This document shows positions 17,013 to 24,401 of a stretch of DNA of 32,015 bases, piece by piece; positions within the stretch are counted from its first letter, which is position 1, and the number at the start of each line of letters is the position of its first letter. The notes beneath the pieces are model-generated. The model ran no database searches and was not told the origin of the DNA. It worked only from the letters and a program-made list of their open reading frames with translations. This stretch comes from Candidatus Fraserbacteria bacterium (lineage in GTDB: Bacteria; Bipolaricaulota; Bipolaricaulia; RBG-16-55-9; JANLFV01): positions 1-32,015 of the forward strand of contig JBBIJD010000010.1 in NCBI GenBank assembly GCA_037446135.1, in the 5' to 3' direction. Both the position numbers and the translations under genes were made by a program.

Positions 17013-18200
17013 CTAAGCCACCTCCTCGATCTTCCTCAAGATCTCCTCGGGATGGATCGGCTCCCCACCGAGCCGGTTGACCCGATAGACCGGCTTACGG
17101 ACATGGCGCTCGACCTCGCGGGCCATCTGCCCGGCATTGACCTCGGCCACGATGATCTCAGCCTCGCGGAGTTCGGCGACCTTCTTGTCCGGGAAGGGCC
17201 AGGGGGTGATGAGCCGGAGCATTCCCACTTTGAGCCCCTTCTCCCGGGCCAGCCTAAGGGCCCGGAGGGCCGCCCTTGCCGTCGAGCCATAGGCGATCAG
17301 GACGATCTCGGCGTCCTCGAGCTCGAGCTCCTCGAACTCGATGATCTCCTCCCGCCGGTCCAAGATCTTCCGGAGCATCCTTTGGAGCATCCGCTCCTGG
17401 ACCTCCGGCTCGGTGGCCGCGGGGTAGCCCCGCTCATCGTGGGTCAGGCCGGTCACATGGATCTTATAGCCCTCCCCGGCCAAGGCCATCGGGGGGACCA
17501 AATCCTCATCGGGCTCGAACGGCCAGAACGGCGTAAGTCGCGCTTCACCGGGCTTGACATGCGGCCTCTTCCGATTGACGAGCTCGATCCGCTCCGGGTC
17601 GATCACGACCCTTTCGAGCATGTGGCCGACCAGTTCATCGCTCATCACGAAGACCGGGGTGCGGAACTTCTCGGCCATGTTGAAGGCCTTGATCGTGAGG
17701 TCGAACATCTCCTGAGGCGAGGCGGGGGCATAGGCGATCACCGCGTAATCTCCGTGTGAGCCGAACCGGACCTGCATCATGTCCGCCTGGCCGATGAGGG
17801 TCGGCATCCCCGTCGAGGGGCCACCGCGCTGGACATTGACGACCACGCAAGGAGTCTCAGTCATGAAGGCCAGGCCGATATTCTCCTGCATCAGGCTGAA
17901 GCCGGGGCCGCTCGTGGCGGTCATGGCCTTCGCGCCAGCGCAAGCAGCCCCGATGATCGCGGCCATGCTCGCGATCTCGTCCTCCATCTGGAGGTAGACC
18001 CCTCCGACCTGTGGGAGGCGGCGGGCCATCCGCTCGGCGATCTCACTCGAGGGGGTGATCGGATAGCCGGCATAGAACCGGCAGCCGGCGGCGATCGCCC
18101 CCTCAGCGCAGGCATCGTCCCCGCTCATGAAGTGGGTCCCCGCCAGGATCGCCTCCCGCTCGACCTCGGCCTTAGCGTGGCGCGCCACGATGAGGTTCAT
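17013..18200 (-). CDS. korA: 2-oxoacid:ferredoxin oxidoreductase alpha subunit
   Basis: GYPITPSSE, QMEDE, TATSGPGFSLMQE, QRGGPSTG. Confidence 0.9.
   Translation of the reverse strand: MNLIVARHAKAEVEREAILAGTHFMSGDDACAEGAIAAGCRFYAGYPITPSSEIAERMARRLPQVGGVYLQMEDEIASMAAIIGAACAGAKAMTATSGPGFSLMQENIGLAFMTETPCVVVNVQRGGPSTGMPTLIGQADMMQVRFGSHGDYAVIAYAPASPQEMFDLTIKAFNMAEKFRTPVFVMSDELVGHMLERVVIDPERIELVNRKRPHVKPGEARLTPFWPFEPDEDLVPPMALAGEGYKIHVTGLTHDERGYPAATEPEVQERMLQRMLRKILDRREEIIEFEELELEDAEIVLIAYGSTARAALRALRLAREKGLKVGMLRLITPWPFPDKKVAELREAEIIVAEVNAGQMAREVERHVRKPVYRVNRLGGEPIHPEEILRKIEEVA
18176..18189. repeat. 14 bp palindrome CGTGGCGCGCCACG
   Basis: read directly. Confidence 0.9.
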
Positions 18201-18514
18201 CCCTGTTCCTGATCGACCCTCTCGGTGTAGATGGCGAACTCGGGGCAGATGAGCATGCAGGTCTTACAGTCCACGCAGTCCTCTTCCTTGCCAGCCTTCA
18301 CCCTCGGGTAATGGAAGCCCTTGGAGTTGGCCTCCTCCGACTTCTCCAGGACCTCCTTTGGGCAGAAGGTCCAGCAGAACCCGCACTCCTTGCACCGCTC
18401 GGGGATGATGTAGACCCGCCCGCGGGGGATTCGGAGCGACTCGCCCAGGGGCTTCCGCCTCCCCGCCTCCGACCTTGACCCTGATCCTGCCCGCTCGGCC
18501 ACCTCGACCGCCAT
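18197..18514 (-). CDS. korD: 2-oxoacid:ferredoxin oxidoreductase delta subunit (2x4Fe-4S ferredoxin)
   Basis: CKECGFCWTFCP and CVDCKTCMLICPEFAI. Confidence 0.88.
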   Translation of the reverse strand: MAVEVAERAGSGSRSEAGRRKPLGESLRIPRGRVYIIPERCKECGFCWTFCPKEVLEKSEEANSKGFHYPRVKAGKEEDCVDCKTCMLICPEFAIYTERVDQEQG

Positions 18515-18526
18515 CTTTGCCCTTGC

Positions 18527-18590
18527 ATTCTAGAACTCCGGCTGGGGTGCTGCCATGATCGGGGTCAACTACCCCTATGATCGGAATCAT
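18527..18590 (-). promoter_or_regulatory. class II Crp/Fnr-activated promoter for the kor-hdr operon, with tandem boxes
   Basis: minus strand TTGAC-CCCG-ATCAT (18555-18568), 22 nt, TAGAAT (18527-18532); second box ATGAT-CGGA-ATCAT at 18577-18590. Confidence 0.7.
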
Positions 18591-20295
18591 GGCGTGGCGC
18601 GCCGCGCAGGAGTTGCCGGATGATCCCCAAGGGCTTGAAGTTCAGGAGGTGGGCAGGCCAGGCGAGCTCCCGCTTGTCGCAGATGAGGGACTCCGCCGCG
18701 GCCTTCAGTTCGAGCGGGAAGGGCTCGCCTCGTGGCGCGCCACGCTCGAGGGTCTCCTTCTTTAGCTCCCTCATTCGGGCGAGCCTCTCCGCGACCGCTC
18801 TGGCCTGGGAGGCCGAGATCCGCCGGTGCTCTAGCTTGAGGGCATTGAGCCGCTCCGCGGCCTCGTAGGTGGCGCGGACCAGCTCTTCCCGGCTCAGCCA
18901 GGCCGTCTCGTAATTCAGCAACCCCTCCCAAGTCGGGGCGTGGCGTCCTACGAGGAGGAGCTGGCGGTGCTCCTCCAAGGTCCGGGCGAAGAGCCTATAC
19001 CCGAGGCTCTCGGGGGCCTCGAAGGCCCGGCTCCCCGGGTCGAGGAACGGCCCCAAAGGCGAGATGAAGCAGGAGAGTCGCCGGTCGAACCGCTGGAAGA
19101 GCTCCCCGGCGTAGTCGACGGTCGCCATGACCGAGCTATAGCTTTGCCGGGAGAGGCCGATGAGGAAGAAGAGGTCGAACCGGCGGCAGCCGGCTGCCAG
19201 GGCTCTCTTGACTGTCTCCTCCAGCTCCTCATTGCTGTAAATGGCCGTCGGGTCGTGGACGGCCCGGAGCTCGGGGTCGTGGCTCTCGGGGGAGAACTCG
19301 ATAGTCCAGCTCGGGACCGAGGCTGCCAGCTCATCGAAGAACTCCCGGCCGGCAGGGGCGAAGAGCTCGAAGACCAGCTCATTGCAGATCCTATGCTTCC
19401 GGATGAGCCGGAGCAGCTCCTGGGCATAGCCCTCCCCAGCCTGGCGGATGTCCCCGATGAGGAAGATCGGGCCGCGGGAGAGGCTCGCGAGGTCGAGGAT
19501 GTTCTTCAGGATGCTCTCCGGGCTCCGGAAGGCCGGCCTCTCGCGCTCGACCACTCTGGAATAGGCCTCGCGTGAGCCGCCGCAGGTGGCGCAACTGTGG
19601 GTGCAGCCCTTGACGGTGAAGATGGCCATTACGGGGTTCCTCCACCACCCGTGATACGGCGTCAGGCTCAGCCGGTCGCGATAGCGCCAGGCTTGCTTGA
19701 TCAGCCGGTCGGGCCGGAGATCGACATAATCGAGCGAGTCGGGGCTATAGTCTAGCCGATTGGCCCGGACCTGGCTGTTCTCCTTCCAGGCCAAGTTCGG
19801 GACCCCCGCGAGCGGGCCGCGGCCCTCCAGGGCCAAAATGAGCCGGTAGAGCGGCTCTTCCGCGCAGTCGCCGCGGATGACGAAGTCCACCTCCGGGCGG
19901 GCGAGCAACTCGCGGTAGTAATAGCTTGCGGAGAGGCCACCGAGGACTATGGGGATCTCGGGGTGGAGCCCCTTCAGGAGCCGGGCCAGCTCGAGGGCCC
20001 CCTGGGCATGAGGGAGCCAATGCAAATCGAGGCCGAAGAGCCTCGGCCGAAGCTGGGCGAGGAAGGCCGGGGGAGCGAATTGCCGGTCCAGCATCATCCT
20101 GAGGGCGAGATTGATGATCCGGACCCGTAGGCCCCGCCCCTCGAGGTAGCTCGAGAGGGTCAACAGTCCGAGGGGATACATCTCGAAGACCGGGGAGGAA
20201 GGGATGAGGTCGCTCAGTGGGCTGGGGAAAGCTGCCCGCTGGCGGAAGTCATAGATGCTAGGGGGATGGATGAGGACTAAATCCGTATCGTTCAT
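18565..20295 (-). CDS. B12-binding domain/radical SAM protein (resembles TIGR04190/Ta0216-type)
   Basis: N-terminal LIHPPS...FEMYPLG, GLDLHWLPH, GGLSAS; CTHSCATC CxxxCxxC motif. Confidence 0.85.
   Translation of the reverse strand: MNDTDLVLIHPPSIYDFRQRAAFPSPLSDLIPSSPVFEMYPLGLLTLSSYLEGRGLRVRIINLALRMMLDRQFAPPAFLAQLRPRLFGLDLHWLPHAQGALELARLLKGLHPEIPIVLGGLSASYYYRELLARPEVDFVIRGDCAEEPLYRLILALEGRGPLAGVPNLAWKENSQVRANRLDYSPDSLDYVDLRPDRLIKQAWRYRDRLSLTPYHGWWRNPVMAIFTVKGCTHSCATCGGSREAYSRVVERERPAFRSPESILKNILDLASLSRGPIFLIGDIRQAGEGYAQELLRLIRKHRICNELVFELFAPAGREFFDELAASVPSWTIEFSPESHDPELRAVHDPTAIYSNEELEETVKRALAAGCRRFDLFFLIGLSRQSYSSVMATVDYAGELFQRFDRRLSCFISPLGPFLDPGSRAFEAPESLGYRLFARTLEEHRQLLLVGRHAPTWEGLLNYETAWLSREELVRATYEAAERLNALKLEHRRISASQARAVAERLARMRELKKETLERGAPRGEPFPLELKAAAESLICDKRELAWPAHLLNFKPLGIIRQLLRGAPRHDSDHRGS
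18592..18607. repeat. one-mismatch copy GCGTGGCGCGCCGCGC
   Basis: read directly. Confidence 0.8.
18731..18744. repeat. 14 bp palindrome CGTGGCGCGCCACG
   Basis: read directly. Confidence 0.9.
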
Positions 20296-20345
20296 GAATG
20301 GTCCAGTCTGTCCATCATGCCGGCCCGCGCTCTTTATCCCATCTT

Positions 20346-20437
20346 ATCTTAGTGGCAATGGGCTGATGTGACTCTGACCCAGATCATCCGAAGTGGCGAT
20401 GTAGGTCATAGTGACCGGCCCAGACCCATACTAGAAT
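20346..20437. promoter_or_regulatory. back-to-back Crp/Fnr class II promoters
   Basis: box CTGAC-CCAG-ATCAT (20374-20387) lies 22 nt from minus-strand TAAGAT (20346-20351); box GCGAT-GTAG-GTCAT (20396-20409) lies 22 nt from plus-strand TAGAAT (20432-20437). Confidence 0.65.
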
Positions 20438-20472
20438 GGCAACGATGAGAATCGCTTTAGAGGAGGCTCTTG

Positions 20473-21843
20473 ATGGAACTCGCGCTGAAGCTCGGGGCTG
20501 AGGAAAAAAAGGAGGCTCTCTTCGCGGAGGAGACCCCGCCGTTCTCCTCTGAAGGGGAGGCGCTCTTCGAGGCCGAGCGGTGCCTCCTCTGCGGGAGGAA
20601 GGAGACCCCGGCCCCATGCGTGGCCGCCTGCCCTGCCGGGGTCAATGTGCCGAAGTTTATTAGAGAGATCCTCGAGCAAGATTACGAGGGCTCGGGGAAG
20701 ACGATCTTCTCTGCCAACCCTTTGGGGGGGAGCTGTGCCCGCGTCTGCCCGGTCGAGGAGCTCTGCGAAGGGGCCTGCGTCCTCCGCGAGGAGGGCCGTC
20801 GCCCCGTAGCGATCGGGCGGCTCCAGCGGTTCGCTACCGATTGGGTCCTAGAGCGAGGGATCGAATACTACGAGCGGGCCAAGTCGAACGGGAAGTCCGT
20901 GGGGGTGATCGGTGCCGGCCCGGCGGGCTTGGCTTGCGCCGCCGAGCTGGCCAGGCTCGGTTACCGAGTGACCGTCTATGAGGGCCGACCCTCCTTAGGA
21001 GGGCTGGTGACCCGCGCGATCGCCCCTTATAAACAGCAGATTGAGCCGCTCCCCCAAGAGGCTGAGCAGCTCGCCCGCTTGGGGGTGGAATTCCGGCTCG
21101 GCCAGCCGGTCGGAGAGGGCGAGAGTGGTGCTGGGCTCTCCTTGAAGGAGCTTGAGCGCCATCATGGGGCGATCTTCCTCGGGGTGGGCCTGGGCGAGGA
21201 TCTCGAGGTCCACTGGGAGGGGGACGAGCTAGAGGGGGTCTACGAGTCCCTCCGGTTCATCGAGGAGCTGAAGCTCGGTGACCCTCGCAGGCTCAAGCTC
21301 GGGGAGCGGGTGGCGGTGATCGGCGGGGGGAATACCGCGATCGATGTGGCGAGGGAGGCCGTCCGGCTCGGGGCTAAAGATGTCATGATCTTGTATCGTC
21401 GGACGGAGAAGGAGATGCCGGCCTTCAAGAAGGAAGTGAAGGCCGCCCGGCGAGAGGGGGTCCACTTCTTTTGGCTGATCGCCCCGAAGCGGTTCCTCGG
21501 GGAGAGGCGGGTCGAGGGGCTCGAGTGCCTCTACATGCGATTGGGCGAGCCGGACGCGAGTGGCCGCCGTCGGCCCGAGCCGGTCCCCGGGACGGAATTC
21601 GTCCTCCAGGTCGATACCGTGATCAAGGCGCTCGGCCAGCGGCCACGGACCGAGTTCTTGGAGAAGATCCCCGGCCTGGAGCTCGAGGGCGGGCTAGTAG
21701 TGATCGACCCTCAGACCGGGCAGACCTCGAATCCCAAATACTTTGCCGGAGGGGACTGCATCAACGGCGGGGCGACGGTCGTCCAGGCGGTCCACGATGG
21801 GAAGCTCGCCGCGGGGGGGATCGACCAGTTCCTCTCAGGGTAG
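20473..21843 (+). CDS. GltD/PreT/NfnB(SudA)-family NAD(P)H-dependent FeS flavoprotein
   Basis: RCLLC...PCVAACP, RVCPVEELCEGAC, IGAGPAGL, IGGGNTAID, YRR, FAGGD; AGGAGG RBS. Confidence 0.88.
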   Translation: MELALKLGAEEKKEALFAEETPPFSSEGEALFEAERCLLCGRKETPAPCVAACPAGVNVPKFIREILEQDYEGSGKTIFSANPLGGSCARVCPVEELCEGACVLREEGRRPVAIGRLQRFATDWVLERGIEYYERAKSNGKSVGVIGAGPAGLACAAELARLGYRVTVYEGRPSLGGLVTRAIAPYKQQIEPLPQEAEQLARLGVEFRLGQPVGEGESGAGLSLKELERHHGAIFLGVGLGEDLEVHWEGDELEGVYESLRFIEELKLGDPRRLKLGERVAVIGGGNTAIDVAREAVRLGAKDVMILYRRTEKEMPAFKKEVKAARREGVHFFWLIAPKRFLGERRVEGLECLYMRLGEPDASGRRRPEPVPGTEFVLQVDTVIKALGQRPRTEFLEKIPGLELEGGLVVIDPQTGQTSNPKYFAGGDCINGGATVVQAVHDGKLAAGGIDQFLSG

Positions 21844-21853
21844 GTAGGAGGCG

Positions 21854-22621
21854 ATGAGAGCAGTTGATCCGAAGGGGCAAGAGGCGGGGATTCAAGTCCT
21901 CCGGGGCTGCAGCGACTGCCGCCAAGAGGCCTGCTCTTGGGTCTTCGCGGGCCTCCCTCCGGAGGAGTTCGCCCAGTTCACCGCCCTGGTGAACCATGTG
22001 GCCTACGACGGTGGGGAGACGATCTTCCAGGAGGGGGCCTTCCCCTTCGGGGCCTACATCGTCTGTCGCGGGAGCGTCAAGGTCCTGGGAAAGGCCCCGA
22101 ACGGGAAGCGCCAGATCCTCAAGCTCCTCCGGTCCGGGGAACTCCTCGGGGAAGAGGCCCTCTTCGCCGCGGGGAGCTACACCAGCTCCGCGCGGACCCT
22201 CGGGCCGGCGACTTTGGCCTTCATCTCCAAGGAGAAGCTCTTGGGGTTCATCCGGGACCATCCGAGCGTGGCCTTCCGGCTGATCGAGAAGCTGGCCCAG
22301 GAGTTGTTGGCCTTCCAGACCAAGCTGGTCGAGGTGGCCTACGGGAGCAGCGAGGCGAGGCTGGCCCGGCTCCTCCTGGCCCTGGGGGAGCGGTTCGGCC
22401 GGGCCGAAGGGCCGCACCTCCTGATCGGGCTCGACCTCTCCCGGGCCGAGCTGGCGGAATTGGCGGGGATCGCCCCAGAGACGGCGATCCGGACCCTCTC
22501 TCGCCTCCGCGAGGAGAAGCTCATCGAGCTCGAGGGCCCGCGGATCATCCTCCGGAACCTCGACCGGCTCCAGGGCCTGGCCCGCCCGCTCCCGGTCGCG
22601 GTCCGCGAGAGCCTCCTCTAG
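21854..22621 (+). CDS. Crp/Fnr-family transcriptional regulator with an N-terminal Cys cluster
   Basis: CSDCRQEAC, cNMP-type barrel (IFQEG, GELLGE), HTH LSRAELAELAGIAPETAIRTLS. Confidence 0.92.
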   Translation: MRAVDPKGQEAGIQVLRGCSDCRQEACSWVFAGLPPEEFAQFTALVNHVAYDGGETIFQEGAFPFGAYIVCRGSVKVLGKAPNGKRQILKLLRSGELLGEEALFAAGSYTSSARTLGPATLAFISKEKLLGFIRDHPSVAFRLIEKLAQELLAFQTKLVEVAYGSSEARLARLLLALGERFGRAEGPHLLIGLDLSRAELAELAGIAPETAIRTLSRLREEKLIELEGPRIILRNLDRLQGLARPLPVAVRESLL

Positions 22622-22687
22622 TCTAGTCCGCCTTTCAACATCCCAGCATTCCCGCCCGGCGGTGAGAGGGGCATGGCATTCATTCCA

Positions 22688-22716
22688 TTGACATTCGAGC
22701 CTGGGAGGGCTAATCT
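22688..22716 (+). promoter_or_regulatory. near-consensus sigma70 promoter, probably giving a leaderless mRNA
   Basis: TTGACA (22688-22693), 17 nt, TAATCT (22711-22716), then 6 nt to GTG 22723. Confidence 0.7.
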
Positions 22717-22722
22717 ACCCTT

Positions 22723-23115
22723 GTGGAGCGGAGTCGGGACTGGCTCGATCAAGCTGAAGGGGACCTAGAGCACGCTAAGAGCGATCTTGAGGGCGGGTAT
22801 TATGATTGGGCCTGCTTCTCGGCCCAGCAAGCCGCGGAAAAGGCAGTGAAGGCCGTCTTCCAGAGGATAGGCGCGGAGGCCTGGGGCCATTCCGTGGCCG
22901 ACTTGCTCCAGGAGTTGGCTCATCGGGAGCCCGTTCGGGAGGAGCTGATAAAAGGCGGTTTGGAGCTGGATAAGGCCTATATCCCTGCGCGTTATCCCAA
23001 CGCCCATCCCTCGGGCTCGCCCCGGAGGAGGTATACAAGGGAGGAGGCAGAGAGGCTGATCGCACATGCCGAGAGGATCATCGAGTTCTGTGCACATCTA
23101 TTATCCCGAGCATAG
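22723..23115 (+). CDS. HEPN-domain protein
   Basis: WACFSAQQAAEKAVKA, WGHS, YIPARYPNAH. Confidence 0.9.
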   Translation: MERSRDWLDQAEGDLEHAKSDLEGGYYDWACFSAQQAAEKAVKAVFQRIGAEAWGHSVADLLQELAHREPVREELIKGGLELDKAYIPARYPNAHPSGSPRRRYTREEAERLIAHAERIIEFCAHLLSRA

Positions 23116-23440
23116 CCGCGAGGAGCTCATCGCCCGCCTCCGGGAGCGCCTGCCCCGGCTGAATAAGCGCTTACCTCTGACGCTCGTCGTCCTCTTCGGC
23201 TCCTATGCCCGGGGGAATTATACTGTGGCGAGCGATGTGGACCTGCTCATCATCTACAAGGGCGAGCCCCGGGAGGAGGCCTATGCCCTCGTTAAGGAGG
23301 AGCTTGCGTTGCCCCGGCTCGAGCCCCATCTCTATACGGAAGCGGAGTATGAGCGGGCGAGAGCCACGGTCGCGAAGATGACCGAAGGCGGGATCATTCT
23401 ATTCGGGGGAGGAAAGGAGGAACGGGATGGAAGAGTATGA
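23066..23440 (+). CDS. minimal nucleotidyltransferase (MNT)
   Basis: LFGSYARG...SDVDLL. Confidence 0.9.
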   Translation: MPRGSSSSVHIYYPEHSREELIARLRERLPRLNKRLPLTLVVLFGSYARGNYTVASDVDLLIIYKGEPREEAYALVKEELALPRLEPHLYTEAEYERARATVAKMTEGGIILFGGGKEERDGRV

Positions 23441-24401
23441 GGTCGACCTGAGGGACTACCTCCGCATCCTCTGGAGGGGCAAATGGGTCGTCCTCGGGGT
23501 GGCAGTGGTCGCGATAGGTTTGGCCGCGACCTTTGCGGCTCGCTCCCCTGCTGTCTACCGCACTGAGGTCCTGTTGGCTATAGAGCGGCCGGCGGGCGCG
23601 CCTGCGACCTATACCCCGCCTACGGCGGACTGGCTGGTAGAGCGGGCGCGGGACCCGGGGCTCTTAGAGCGGGCCGGCCTCGAGCCAGGCCGGGCCACTA
23701 GCCTCGAGGCCAAGAACCAGGGCCAGTTCCTCCAGCTCTCCCTTCGGGGCCCTGTGCCTCCTCGAGAGCTCGAGGCGCGGCTGGAGCAGGTGGTGGCCGC
23801 ACTGGAGGAAGAGAGCCAAGCGGGGGTGGGAGAGGCCATCGCTCGCCGCTTGAAGGAGCTGGAGTCCGAGCGGGAGGCCGATCTGATCCAGCTTAGGGAA
23901 TGGGAGGCCGAGCTCGAGCGTTTAAGGGAGGCGGCCGAGGCCGGTCGGGACCGGCTCCGGGCCATGATCGCCGAAATAGAGGCTGATCCAAAGAGGCTCG
24001 AGCTGAGCACAGGGGCTACGTCCACCATTCGGGGGTATCTCGTGCAGAAGGAGCTGGACTTGCTCTATGCCCGGCTTCAGGCCGTGGAGCTGGCCTTGGA
24101 TGCGATGGACCGGCTCGGGCCGGCCTACCTCCCGAATGTCGGACCGGAGCTGGTAAGACTTAGATCCGAATTGACATCATTGGAGGTGGAGGAAGCTTCA
24201 TTGCAGGCAATGCTGCCAGCGCTTCCCGAGCTGCTGAGCCCGGTGCGCGGGCCCGTCTCCTCCGGGCCGCTTGGCCCCGGCCTGAAGATGAACCTGGCCG
24301 TGGCTGGGGTATTGGGGCTCTTCGTGGGGGTTCTGCTTGCCTTCTTTATCCACTGGCTCCAGGCCGGGCCGGAGGAGGGCAAGGAAGATGAGCGATCATA
24401 A
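23427..24401 (+). CDS. wzz: Wzz-type polysaccharide chain-length determinant
   Basis: EVDLRDYLRILWRGKW plus TM segment, central coiled coil, Pro-rich segment and C-terminal TM NLAVAGVLGLFVGV. Confidence 0.8.
   Translation: MEEYEVDLRDYLRILWRGKWVVLGVAVVAIGLAATFAARSPAVYRTEVLLAIERPAGAPATYTPPTADWLVERARDPGLLERAGLEPGRATSLEAKNQGQFLQLSLRGPVPPRELEARLEQVVAALEEESQAGVGEAIARRLKELESEREADLIQLREWEAELERLREAAEAGRDRLRAMIAEIEADPKRLELSTGATSTIRGYLVQKELDLLYARLQAVELALDAMDRLGPAYLPNVGPELVRLRSELTSLEVEEASLQAMLPALPELLSPVRGPVSSGPLGPGLKMNLAVAGVLGLFVGVLLAFFIHWLQAGPEEGKEDERS

Noticed and set aside
1744..22621. Many long antisense or alternate-frame ORFs (e.g. 4473-5516, 5273-6157, 13334-14341)
   Set aside because: Shadow ORFs expected in high-GC coding DNA; no motifs, and they overlap well-supported genes.
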